From positions 36,931-100,930 of the forward strand of contig CAWGQS010000005.1 in assembly GCA_963824895.1 (NCBI GenBank): a DNA stretch of 64,000 bases, given 5' to 3'. Below are positions 47,884 to 56,941 of this stretch, in pieces. A program made the translations under genes and the position numbers. The number at the start of each line of letters is the position of its first letter. The stretch's first letter is position 1. Under the pieces are notes generated by a model. The model made no database searches. It was not told where the DNA came from and saw only the letters and a list, made by a program, of their open reading frames with translations. This DNA comes from an uncultured Verrucomicrobiae bacterium (GTDB taxonomy: Bacteria > Verrucomicrobiota > Verrucomicrobiia > Chthoniobacterales > Terrimicrobiaceae).

Positions 47884-50223
47884 TCAAGCAGGTTGCGGGT
47901 GCCGGAACAAGGCTCGCTCTCGACGAAGGGCCTCGGCCGCCTTTGTCATATTCTTTAGCGAGAGGATGACCTCCTCCCACGCACGAGTTTTCAACCCGCA
48001 GTCTGGATTAACCCAAAGGTTTTCAATGGGCAGGACCGCGGCTGCGGTGCGGAGCAGGTTTTCCATTTCCGCGGCACCAGGCACGCGGGGGGAGTGAATG
48101 TCCCAGACGCCGGGTCCAACCTCATTCGGATAGCGAAAGGCCGCAAAGGCGTCAAGAAGCTCCATGTTAGATCGCGATGCCTCCATTGAGATCACGTCGG
48201 CGTCGAGGGCCGCGATCGAATCGATAATGTCATTGAACTCGCAATAACACATATGGGTATGAATTTGCGTTTCGTCGCGAACTCCGGATGAAGCGAGGCG
48301 GAATGATTCGATCGCCCAGTGCAAATAGGCCTGCCAATCGCTCCTGCGAAGCGGGAGCCCCTCCCGAAGGGCGGGCTCATCGATTTGAATTATCTTGATG
48401 CCAGCCGCTTCAAGATCAAGAACCTCGTCTCGGATCGCGAGCGCGATTTGTCGCGCCGTTTCGCTGCGTGGCTGGTCGTCGCGAACAAAGCTCCACTGGA
48501 GAATCGTGATCGGTCCGGTCAGCATACCCTTCATCGGCTTCGATGTTTGGGATTGTGCATAGCGGGACCACTCCACGGTCATGGCCTGCGTTCGACGAAC
48601 ATCGCCGTAGATGATCGGCGGCTTTACACAACGCGTGCCGTAGCTTTGAACCCATCCGTTTTCGGTGAAAGCGAAGCCATCGAGTTGCTCGCCAAAATAT
48701 TCGACCATGTCGTTGCGTTCGAATTCGCCATGCACCAGCACGTCCAAGCCGACCTCTTCCTGCAAGCGAATGCAATCTGCAGTTTTCTCCCTAAGAAATT
48801 TCTCGTATTCCTCATCGGCAAGTTCGCCGCGTTTCCGTCGCGCGCGCGTCGCGCGGATATCGGCAGTTTGTGGGAAAGAGCCAATCGTTGTCGTGGGCAG
48901 CAGAGGAAGTCCGAGGGCGGCACGTTGCTTGTCGCGGCGCTCGCGAAAGGGAGTTTTTCTCCGGCTATCCTCAGGCTGGACGGCGTCCGAGCGGGCCTTC
49001 ACTTCGGAACGATGAATCCGCTCGCTTGCGCGTCGGGAATGAAAAGCTACGCGGTTCCGGTAAGCGACGAGTGCGTCACCGCGACCCTCAGCCAGACGGG
49101 CAAGCTCCGTAACTTCTTTCAGCTTTTCCTCGGCGAACGCCAGCCACTCCTTCATTTCCGCATCGAAGCCAGACTCACGGCGAAGTGTCACAGGCGAATG
49201 GAGCAAAGAGCATGAGGGGGCAATCAGGATACGATCCGAACTGAGAACCCGTTTCGCTCGATTGATCTGCTGCAGTGATAGTTCGAAATTGTTGCGCCAC
49301 ACATTTCTCCCGTCGACCACGCCCAGCGACAGGGCCATGGCTGAAGGAAGGCAACCGACGACCTGATCGAGTTCCGAGGCCGCCCGGGTAACATCCAGGT
49401 GCAAGGCGTCCACTGGCAAGCTCACCGCAAGACGAATATTCTCCCGTAGTTCACCAAAATACGTGGCGAGCAGGATCTTTGTCTCGGGCGCGGCGGACCG
49501 GAGAGTTCGGTATGCTTGGAGAAAGCCGGTTTGCCAATCCGAGCTGAGTTCAAAGGCCAGAATCGGTTCATCGATTTGCACCCATTCGGTGCCCAACGTC
49601 TTTAGTTGGCCAAGGATTTCCGAATAGACGGGGAGCAGACGATCGAGTAAGGCGAGGCGGTCGAAGTCGGAACCGACACTCTTGCCCAAGTGAAGGTAGG
49701 TGAGTGGTCCAATCAGCACGGGCTTCGTTCGAATGCCCAGCGCGAGAGCCTCTTTGAACTCGTCGAACGGCTTGCTGGCACTGAGCTTGAACTTTGTCTC
49801 CGCTTCGAATTCCGGCACGATGTAGTGATAGTTCGTGTCGAACCATTTCGTCATTTCGCCGGCGTGAATCGACTTTTGTTGCTCGTGACCAGCCTTGCCG
49901 TCCCCGCCCCCGCCTCGAGCGATCCGGAAGCGCAAGTCAAGTCCGGTAGCTTCTCCATTCCACGCGAATCGTGGCGGGATGTTTCCGAGCAGGCAGCTCA
50001 TGTCGAGCATCTGGTCGTAGAAGGAAAAATCGTTAGAGGGGATAAGCTCAATGCCGGCCTCCTTTTGTGCCAGCCAGTGTGACTTTCGCAGCTGCCGACC
50101 CACCTCTTCGAGTTCCTCGATCGAAATCTCGCCTCGCCAGTAGGCCTCGGTGGCCTTCTTTAGTTCCCGCTTCTCGCCGATACGCGGGTAACCGAGATTA
50201 TGCGTGCCAATGTGACCATCCAT
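47884..50223 (-). CDS. metE: Cobalamin-independent methionine synthase
   Basis: HNLGYPRIGEKRELKKATEAYW at the N-terminus, with C-terminal zinc-site regions. I prefer the start at ATG 50223 by alignment to MetE N-termini. The track ORF extends to 50289 (TTG/ATG). Confidence 0.93.
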   Translation of the reverse strand: MDGHIGTHNLGYPRIGEKRELKKATEAYWRGEISIEELEEVGRQLRKSHWLAQKEAGIELIPSNDFSFYDQMLDMSCLLGNIPPRFAWNGEATGLDLRFRIARGGGGDGKAGHEQQKSIHAGEMTKWFDTNYHYIVPEFEAETKFKLSASKPFDEFKEALALGIRTKPVLIGPLTYLHLGKSVGSDFDRLALLDRLLPVYSEILGQLKTLGTEWVQIDEPILAFELSSDWQTGFLQAYRTLRSAAPETKILLATYFGELRENIRLAVSLPVDALHLDVTRAASELDQVVGCLPSAMALSLGVVDGRNVWRNNFELSLQQINRAKRVLSSDRILIAPSCSLLHSPVTLRRESGFDAEMKEWLAFAEEKLKEVTELARLAEGRGDALVAYRNRVAFHSRRASERIHRSEVKARSDAVQPEDSRRKTPFRERRDKQRAALGLPLLPTTTIGSFPQTADIRATRARRKRGELADEEYEKFLREKTADCIRLQEEVGLDVLVHGEFERNDMVEYFGEQLDGFAFTENGWVQSYGTRCVKPPIIYGDVRRTQAMTVEWSRYAQSQTSKPMKGMLTGPITILQWSFVRDDQPRSETARQIALAIRDEVLDLEAAGIKIIQIDEPALREGLPLRRSDWQAYLHWAIESFRLASSGVRDETQIHTHMCYCEFNDIIDSIAALDADVISMEASRSNMELLDAFAAFRYPNEVGPGVWDIHSPRVPGAAEMENLLRTAAAVLPIENLWVNPDCGLKTRAWEEVILSLKNMTKAAEALRRERALFRHPQPA

Positions 50224-50303
50224 GTTCTCAATATGCCTTGAAGGCGGGAATTCGCAAAATTCGTTGTTTTTGCCATGATCATTCATCAAATTTATGAACT
50301 CTC

Positions 50304-51284
50304 ATGCTTGAACTGCGTCATCTCAGGACTCTGATCGCTTTGGCGGAGACGGGAAATTTGTCCAGAGCTGGAAAGCGTCTGAACCTTTCGCAGCCGGCAG
50401 TTTCGCACCACGTCCGAGCCGTTGAAGAAGAATATGGCCTCCAGCTCTTTGAGCGAAAGAGTGATCCTCTCCGATTCACCCTGGCCGGTCGACAAATGGT
50501 TGATCTTGCCTATGACGTCAGCCGTCGGATTCGGGACGGAGAGCGCGATGTGGCACGTATTGCCCAGGGCGAAGCCGGTGTTCTCCGCATCGCGGTAGAA
50601 TGTCATTCGTGTTTCGACTGGCTCATGCCGTCCATGGATGCGTTCCGCGAGCGCTGGTCGCAAGTGGAGCTGGATTTGGTGTCTGGGTTTCACGCTGATC
50701 CGGTTGGGCTTCTTGGGGAAAACCGCGCTGACTTGGTCATCGTGTCTCATGCCGCAAAGCGTGAAGGCGTGATCTTTCATCCGCTCTTTGCCTATGAGGT
50801 TCTGGCGCTGCTTTCGCACCGCCACCCTCTTGCGCGCAAAGCGTATCTCACCGCGAGGGACTTCAAGAACGAGGTCCTGGTGACTTATCCGATCCCCGAT
50901 GAACGCCTTGATTTGGTGCGCGATGTGCTCCGACCCGCCCATGTGAATCCCGCGCGAAGAACAACCGAACTGACGGTTGCCATCCTTCAGCTGGTGGCGA
51001 GCGGCCGAGGAGTTGCGGCTCTGCCGGGATGGACGGTGCAGCCGTATTTAGACCGAAAGTATGTGGCATGGAGACCGGTTGGGAAGGCTGGTTTGCATAG
51101 CCGCCTCTATGCAGCAACGACCGAAATGGGTTCTTCACATGCTTTTATGCAGGAGTTTCTGGGTATTATGCGTGACGTGAGTTTCGCCACGTTGGAGAGA
51201 ATTGAACCGCTTTCGCGAGCGGGTAAACAGCAACTGCCGCGAAAGAAGTTGCAGGCCCCTCTGCAGGGGCTTGCCGGTCTATGA
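50304..51284 (+). CDS. metR: LysR-family activator MetR
   Basis: MLELRHLRTLIALAETGNLSRAGKRLNLSQPAVSHH and RIAVECHSCFDWLMP closely parallel E. coli MetR. The gene is divergent from metE. Confidence 0.85.
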   Translation: MLELRHLRTLIALAETGNLSRAGKRLNLSQPAVSHHVRAVEEEYGLQLFERKSDPLRFTLAGRQMVDLAYDVSRRIRDGERDVARIAQGEAGVLRIAVECHSCFDWLMPSMDAFRERWSQVELDLVSGFHADPVGLLGENRADLVIVSHAAKREGVIFHPLFAYEVLALLSHRHPLARKAYLTARDFKNEVLVTYPIPDERLDLVRDVLRPAHVNPARRTTELTVAILQLVASGRGVAALPGWTVQPYLDRKYVAWRPVGKAGLHSRLYAATTEMGSSHAFMQEFLGIMRDVSFATLERIEPLSRAGKQQLPRKKLQAPLQGLAGL

Positions 51285-52301
51285 ATTCGGGACCAGCATG
51301 GTTTTGACGCCTTTGCGAGCCCATGCCAGTTCCAAAGCATGCTGGTATTCGGAAAGGGGCACCTCGTTGGTCACGATCTCGTCCACTTTCACTCTTCCGT
51401 TCTCCAGATAGGCGAGGGCCCGGGAAAAGCTGTCGACCTGAGCGAAAGAGCCCTTGATACTGATCTCTCCACGAAACAAATCAAACGGCGTAAACCGAGC
51501 CGTGGCGGTCTCCGGATAGACGCCGTAAACCAGCAGCGTGCCGCGACGTCGCACAAATTGGAGCGCTTCTTCGCAAATCGGCGCGGCCCCTGTGGCCTCG
51601 ATTACGTAGTCAAATCCGTTTGGACTCAATTCCCGCAGCCGGCTGCGGTGCAGGTCTGGATTCTGCCGGTCCATCGGTGCGACTTCGTCCGCTGCCAGCT
51701 TGGCAATCAGGTCCAGTTTCTTTCCGGGAGGCGCCGCGACCACGAGACGGGCCGCGCCATTCAGCTTGACCAATTGGGCGAGCACCTGGCCGGTTGGGCC
51801 AGCTCCAAAGAGAAGGACGTCGCTTCCGGGTTTGGCATCGAGAACCTCTATCCCATGCAGCGCGCAGGCCGTGGGCTCCACCATGATGGCTTCGCGGGGT
51901 TTCAAATTTTGAATAGCAAAAAGCCGATCGGCCTTCACTTTCAGGTATTCGGCAAAACCCCCGTTGAGCGTAACGCCATAAGCTCCCAAGTTTTCGCAAA
52001 GGAGAAAATCGCCTCGCATGCAATAAAAGCAGGTCCCGCAGACCGTATTGCTGTTGGCGACAATTCGCTGACCCGTGTGGAACCCAGAAACGTCGGCGCC
52101 AAGGGCGACAATCTCACCGGTAAACTCGTGGCCCGGGATAAGTGGAAAACGGGGTCCGAATTCGCCTTCATGAATGTGAAGATCGGTCCCACACAAACCA
52201 CAAGCGTGAATGCGCACGAGTGCCTCGTCCGCCGAGGGTTCAGGGTCGACCGTTTCTCGGTAGGAGAATGTCCGCGGTGCGTCGTAGACCACTGCTTTCA
52301 T
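51279..52301 (-). CDS. Zinc-dependent alcohol/threonine-type dehydrogenase (MDR family)
   Basis: 340 aa with CGLCGTDLHIHEG, GHEFTGEIV and the LLFGAGPTG Rossmann motif. Confidence 0.85.
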   Translation of the reverse strand: MKAVVYDAPRTFSYRETVDPEPSADEALVRIHACGLCGTDLHIHEGEFGPRFPLIPGHEFTGEIVALGADVSGFHTGQRIVANSNTVCGTCFYCMRGDFLLCENLGAYGVTLNGGFAEYLKVKADRLFAIQNLKPREAIMVEPTACALHGIEVLDAKPGSDVLLFGAGPTGQVLAQLVKLNGAARLVVAAPPGKKLDLIAKLAADEVAPMDRQNPDLHRSRLRELSPNGFDYVIEATGAAPICEEALQFVRRRGTLLVYGVYPETATARFTPFDLFRGEISIKGSFAQVDSFSRALAYLENGRVKVDEIVTNEVPLSEYQHALELAWARKGVKTMLVPNS

Positions 52302-52556
52302 AGAAAATAAACCATCGATCCGCGATGCTCGAATCGATCACTCGGAATTTCGCAGGAACCTTTGGAAAGGCAAGCTGCAATAGGTCGCAGCTGGAGTGGC
52401 GTTTCGCGCCGCCACACTGAAGTTTTCATCCCACCAACAGGTCACGACTTCCACTGGCCGGCGCGCGACAACCGCAAACGTCGGCTCAGCCATCTTCAAT
52501 GAGCGTCCAAGCGTAGCAGTGATGCGAATGGCCAGGCGGGACACATGGGTAACAGT

Positions 52557-53207
52557 TCACAGGAATGTGTCATCCGGGTTGTCCTGTTTTATTTTCTTGA
52601 ATCTTCCGAACGGCTCTCCGACGGGCAGCACAACTTGTCCAAAGTGGATGTTCAGCACCGAAGCCGCCGAGGCATAGAAAGCCAACAGCGAGATAAACAG
52701 TTCGGAATAGGCGGCGAGGTTGTGCATCGCGTGGTGCATGATGCCCCAAGTGCTCAGCGCAAGGCCGACGAACAGGAAGTCAATCAACACAAAGATGGCA
52801 AACAAGACCTTGTGCGTTTCCATGGCGCCGATCGTCATGTAGAGGCTGAAGATCAGGTAGCCGAGAAAGGCAACGCCCAGTTGCTTGGGGTCCGCGGTTG
52901 CCGCGAGCTTCTCGCCGAATACGCCCATCTGGATGAGCCATGACGCGCCAACGCCAAACCAGAAAAACGCATACGCCCCGAAGGCTGTGGTGCCGAAGGT
53001 GTTGTTGTGCTTGGCGTCGTGTATGCAGGCAAACAGTTGGGCGAATCCGCCTAGGAAAACGGCCCATGGCAGGACGAACGAAACGCCGCTGGTTAAGCCC
53101 AATTTCTGAGACGACGCGACCAGCGTCACCATCGCCAGCCCAAACAGGCCGATGGCGGATGGATCAGCGGTCGAGATTTTTACTTCCTGCGTCGGATGAC
53201 TAATCAT
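52557..53207 (-). CDS. Acetate/succinate uptake transporter, GPR1/FUN34/YaaH family
   Basis: DPSAIGLFGLAMVTL (an NPAPLGL-type motif) and six hydrophobic helices. I chose the start at ATG 53207, which is preceded by GGGGAGA. Confidence 0.85.
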   Translation of the reverse strand: MISHPTQEVKISTADPSAIGLFGLAMVTLVASSQKLGLTSGVSFVLPWAVFLGGFAQLFACIHDAKHNNTFGTTAFGAYAFFWFGVGASWLIQMGVFGEKLAATADPKQLGVAFLGYLIFSLYMTIGAMETHKVLFAIFVLIDFLFVGLALSTWGIMHHAMHNLAAYSELFISLLAFYASAASVLNIHFGQVVLPVGEPFGRFKKIKQDNPDDTFL

Positions 53208-53354
53208 GATTCTCCCCGATCTTCTACAAAGAAGTTGTTGCCACACTTCGGGCACGAGGCTCAAGTTCAGAAATCAGCCAACTGGCCTCATGGTTTCCTG
53301 GTCGGGACGGTCCATGCTGCATCAACCTCTTGCGTTCTTCCGGAAAGTGTTCGC

Positions 53355-53622
53355 TCACGCGTGATCTCGCTCTCGCCAATCCCGGGACCTGCCGAAGTGC
53401 CGCGCCTCGCAGCCGGCAATCACCCTATGCATCGAATCGAGGTCAAGCAGATCGCCGACCACGACCTCCGCACCCAGGTCGCGCAATGCCTGCGCGCGTT
53501 CGTCCTCATTTCGCACCATCGCACGCACCGCTTGGCCTTCCTGCAACAGCAGTTTGATGACCGTGCGCCCTACCCCGCCGACGCGGCCCGCCGGCGCCGG
53601 TGACCAGAACGGGATTTGCCAT
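53355..53622 (-). pseudogene. Truncated, frameshifted NmrA/SDR-like NAD(P)-binding protein remnant
   Basis: The ATG at 53622 (RBS AGGAGA) gives MANPVLVTGAGG. One frame change later it reads RVGGVGRTVIKLLLQEGQAVRAMVRNEDERAQALRDLGAEVVVGDLLD. A stop follows after about 88 codons, whereas family members are about 290 aa. The segment is GC-rich. Confidence 0.55.
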
Positions 53623-53646
53623 GTTCTCCTCTACGCGTCCAGCTCC

Positions 53647-55026
53647 TTACGCAAAGGGTTCCAGTTTGGATAAAACGGTGGGAAGAAATTCCGCAACCGT
53701 CGGATGAATATGCATTGCGCGCTGTATAACCGTGTACGGCGCCTTCGCATACATAGCGTCCAGCAATACCTGAACTACCTCATCGCCTCCGACGCCAAGG
53801 ATCGCAGCACCCAGAATCTGTTTTGTCTCCGCATCGACACAGATTTTGATAAAACCTTGCGTCTCACCTTTCTCAACGGCTCGGCTCACTCGGCTCATCG
53901 GAAGTTTCGCAGCGAGTGCAGCGCGCCCAGACTTCCGTACTTCATCGTCCGTCATGCCGCATCGGCCTAGCGGAGGATCTGTAAACAAAGCGTACGTCTG
54001 GATTCGGTCTGACACGCGGCGATGGCCTGCGTTAAGGAGATTATCGGCGACGATCTCATAGTCGTTGTATGACGTATGGGTAAAGGCGCCGCGGCCGTTG
54101 CAGTCACCAAGGGCCCAGATACCGGGCACGTTCGTTTGCAGTTGATCGTCAACGATAATATAGCCGCGTTGGTCGATCGCAACCCCGGCCCGGTCGAGAC
54201 CCAGGTCGCTCGTGTTGGGAGTACGTCCCACCGCGAGAAGAACATGAGTGCCTACTGCTTCCGGCGGACCTTCGCTGCATGAGATGCCTACGGCAATACG
54301 GCTATCGCGCTTCGCCAGTGATATACATTTCGCATTCAGTCGAATCTGTATCCCCTCCGCGGCCAAAATTTGGCGCACGGCTTCGGAAATATCTTTGTCT
54401 TCACGCCCAATCAGGCGCGGTCCCATCTCGACGATCGTGACTTCGCTACCGAAGCGCCGATAGATCTGAGCGAATTCCAAACCAATGTAACTTCCGCCGA
54501 CCATCACGAGATGCTCCGGGAGAAAGTCGACATCCATCATGGATGAGTTGGTGAGAAACGATACGTCATGAATACCGGGGAGCGGGGGAACAGAGGCGCG
54601 CCCGCCAACGTTGATGAAGATTTTCTCGGCTTGCAGGACTTCATCGTTGACCAGCACACTCCGGGGCGAATGAAATCGGGCATGGCCTTGGACCACCGTG
54701 CTGTTTTTCAATCCTCGCAACCATTCCTCTACACCCCTGTTCGACCGTCCGGAAACTTCATCCTTGCGTGTCTTAACACGTTTCATGTCGACGCGGACAT
54801 CGCCATTGACAGCAAAACCATATTCGGCACCTCGGCGAGCAACATGGGCCGCGTACGCGCTGGCAACGAGCGTCTTTGTTGGTATACATCCCGTATTCAC
54901 ACAGGTGCCACCAAACTTGTGGCGTTCAATGATAGCGACCGCCATGCCCGCGTCCGCAAACCTCGCAGCCAAAGACGGGCCTGCCTGGCCGGTCCCAATG
55001 ATGATGGCGTCGAATTGTCGCGACAC
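53647..55026 (-). CDS. Pyridine nucleotide-disulfide oxidoreductase (MerA/RclA/glutathione-reductase-like flavoprotein)
   Basis: 459 aa with a GTG start. It has DAIIIGTGQAGP, the redox CxxxxC in GGTCVNTGCIPTK, and a C-terminal dimerisation domain with HIHPT. Confidence 0.85.
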   Translation of the reverse strand: MSRQFDAIIIGTGQAGPSLAARFADAGMAVAIIERHKFGGTCVNTGCIPTKTLVASAYAAHVARRGAEYGFAVNGDVRVDMKRVKTRKDEVSGRSNRGVEEWLRGLKNSTVVQGHARFHSPRSVLVNDEVLQAEKIFINVGGRASVPPLPGIHDVSFLTNSSMMDVDFLPEHLVMVGGSYIGLEFAQIYRRFGSEVTIVEMGPRLIGREDKDISEAVRQILAAEGIQIRLNAKCISLAKRDSRIAVGISCSEGPPEAVGTHVLLAVGRTPNTSDLGLDRAGVAIDQRGYIIVDDQLQTNVPGIWALGDCNGRGAFTHTSYNDYEIVADNLLNAGHRRVSDRIQTYALFTDPPLGRCGMTDDEVRKSGRAALAAKLPMSRVSRAVEKGETQGFIKICVDAETKQILGAAILGVGGDEVVQVLLDAMYAKAPYTVIQRAMHIHPTVAEFLPTVLSKLEPFA

Positions 55027-55058
55027 GAGACACCTCGTTTAAGGAAGATCGCAGCCCG

Positions 55059-55121
55059 TTAGGCGAGCACCCCTGCAGTCGCCCGGCGCAGGCCGATGAC
55101 GATCATGTCGTAATGGTTCAT
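55059..55121 (-). pseudogene. 20-codon N-terminal scar of a second FAD oxidoreductase
   Basis: The ATG overlaps the upstream VOC stop (ATGA at 55118-55121). It reads MNHYDMIVIGLRRATAGVLA-stop, and MNHYDMIVIG is the start of a dinucleotide-binding GxGxxG fold. Confidence 0.4.
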
Positions 55122-55792
55122 TGTGGCAGCTCTCCGCCACTCTGCTCCGCGACCATGTATGCGGCGTACCAGTCGGGCCAGTTCGCGTCGCGCTGCCCAG
55201 TGCGCCTTTCGTGCTGCCCGTGGGCGGCCTCCGCACGCCGAAGCGCGCTTGCCAGATCGTTCGCCGACGCGAAGGTCGTCGTCGCAGGGTCGATGCGACC
55301 GGGCAGCCGCGTTGTGACCTCCTGGAAAAGCCAGCCGTTGCCGTCCGGATCACGGAACGAGGCATACGAGCGATAGCTGCGATGCTCGGGATCCGCACCG
55401 CTGACCCGGCGCCGCCCAAACAGGTAGGGCTCGTCCGGACCGTCGTACACGTCGCCGGCGTCGTGAAACACCTCGCTAATCTCGACGCCGCGACGGAGCA
55501 GCTCCTCGCGAGCGGCCTCGATGTCGGAGACGATCAGGTAAAGGCCTTGGGCGGAGCCGGGTGCTGCCGCGGTGACGTTCTTTCCGAAGATGACGGAGCA
55601 CCCGGAGCCAGGCGGCGTGAACTGGATCACGCGCCAGTCTTCGCCGTTGGCGAAGTCAGCGTCCAGCCTCCAGCCCAAGCTCGCGTAGAACTCTTTCGCG
55701 CGGTCGACATCTGAGACGGGGATGACGACCACCTCGAGTTTCATCTCGGCTCTCGCGTCGTCCTTACCGATTCCATCTGTTAGATTTGCCAT
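55118..55792 (-). CDS. VOC/glyoxalase-family protein fused to a C-terminal helical module
   Basis: 224 aa with VVVIPVSDVDRAKEFYASLGWRLDADF...DPDGNGWLFQEVTTRLPGR, then ...ANDLASALRRAEAAHGQHERRTGQRDANWPDWYAAYMVAEQ. Confidence 0.8.
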   Translation of the reverse strand: MANLTDGIGKDDARAEMKLEVVVIPVSDVDRAKEFYASLGWRLDADFANGEDWRVIQFTPPGSGCSVIFGKNVTAAAPGSAQGLYLIVSDIEAAREELLRRGVEISEVFHDAGDVYDGPDEPYLFGRRRVSGADPEHRSYRSYASFRDPDGNGWLFQEVTTRLPGRIDPATTTFASANDLASALRRAEAAHGQHERRTGQRDANWPDWYAAYMVAEQSGGELPQ

Positions 55793-56261
55793 GCTCTTTC
55801 CCCCTATACGTTCAGCTAAATCGGAGCAAGATTTTTGGATGCCAGCGTCAACCAGAGATTCACTTCTCCCTGAAGGCGTGACATTCGATGCTTTGTGCGT
55901 AATCCCCCTCGAGGCAACACGCTGCTCGCCACGCCTTTACGCCGCCAACCCGAAAATGATTTCCAGGTCGACCGAAGTGCCGAGTGGAATGCTGGCGACG
56001 CCGTCCGCTAAGCGGCACGGGCTCTTCCCTCTTCCGAAAACTCCCGCCGCAACTCCGAAGCCGCGTCGGCGACTTTCGGCTGATCGTCGATATCTCCCGA
56101 AGTCGCCACCGACACGCCGCCGGTCTGCCCAATGAGCTGGGTTCGCCGAAGGGTCGGAGAGACGGTGGTTGCGGTGGCCATGGTTTCCTGCGCCGGTCGC
56201 TATCGAAGACGGTCACTTACCCGCCGTCGAGTAGTCGGAGAGTGCGGCCACTTGAACGGAG

Positions 56262-56486
56262 TCATCGGGGAAGAACATGAAGGACCTCCTCCATGTAGCG
56301 GTCGGCGGCGTCGGTGGCCTCCTCCGGACTGCTGCCGTTCTGACGGGCGCTCAGATAGGGCGCGTACCAGTTCCACCAGTGGTGCTCGACGTTCGTCTTC
56401 TCGTAGTGGCCGTGGTGCTCCGCCGTCTCGCGGAGGAGCTCTGCAAGGGTCGCGACGTCCATGGCTCGTGCTCGCGTTACTTCCAT
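56262..56486 (-). CDS. Stand-alone homologue of the C-terminal module of the 55118..55792 protein
   Basis: The tail of track ORF 56262..56981 reads (MEVTRARA)MDVATLAELLRETAEHHGHYEKTNVEHHWWNWYAPYLSARQ. This parallels LASALRRAEAAHGQHERR...NWPDWYAAYMVAEQ. Candidate starts are ATG 56486 (overlapping the VOC stop) or ATG 56462. Confidence 0.5.
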   Translation of the reverse strand: MEVTRARAMDVATLAELLRETAEHHGHYEKTNVEHHWWNWYAPYLSARQNGSSPEEATDAADRYMEEVLHVLPR

Positions 56487-56941
56487 TCGCGGCCGGGAAG
56501 CCGCGTCTGGATCTCCTGGAGCAGCCAGCCGTTCCCGTCCGGATCCTCGAACGAGGCAAACGAGAAGTAGGACCGGCCTTGCGGGTCGCGCCCGCCGACG
56601 CGTGGGTTCTCCACGGCGTTGTTGAAGGGGCCGCCGGCGCAGTGGAAGACCTCGCTCACGTCGACGCCGCGTGCGATCAAGTCGTCGCGGGCGGCGTCGA
56701 TGTCGTCCACGGCGAGGACCAGGCTCAGCGCCGAGCCAGGCTTGGGCGACGTGATTGCCTTGCCGAAGATGATCGAGGCTTCCGAGTTGTGCGGCGTCAT
56801 CTGCACACCACGGAAGTCGCCCGCCACGATGTCGGCGTCGAGCCGCCAGCCGAGATTCTCGTAGAACGCCTTCGCGCGGTCGACGTCGGAAACGCCGAGC
56901 ACCACGACTTCGAGCTCCGAAAACCTTGGTTTTGCGAGCAC
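56477..56941 (-). CDS. VOC/glyoxalase-family protein (paralogue of 55118..55792, domain only)
   Basis: 154 aa with a GTG start. It reads VVVLGVSDVDRAKAFYENLGWRLDADI...DPDGNGWLLQEIQTRLPGREWK-stop. Nucleotide-level similarity to the paralogue is visible (CCAGCCGTTsCCGTCCGGATC). Confidence 0.8.
   Translation of the reverse strand: MLAKPRFSELEVVVLGVSDVDRAKAFYENLGWRLDADIVAGDFRGVQMTPHNSEASIIFGKAITSPKPGSALSLVLAVDDIDAARDDLIARGVDVSEVFHCAGGPFNNAVENPRVGGRDPQGRSYFSFASFEDPDGNGWLLQEIQTRLPGREWK

Noticed and set aside
56008-56181. A 57-aa minus-strand ORF (MATATTVSPTLRRTQLIGQTGG...) and the overlapping 118-aa track ORF in the GC-rich spacer between the two VOC loci
   Set aside because: I recognise no motif and see no clear RBS. 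High GC content makes open frames of this size likely by chance.
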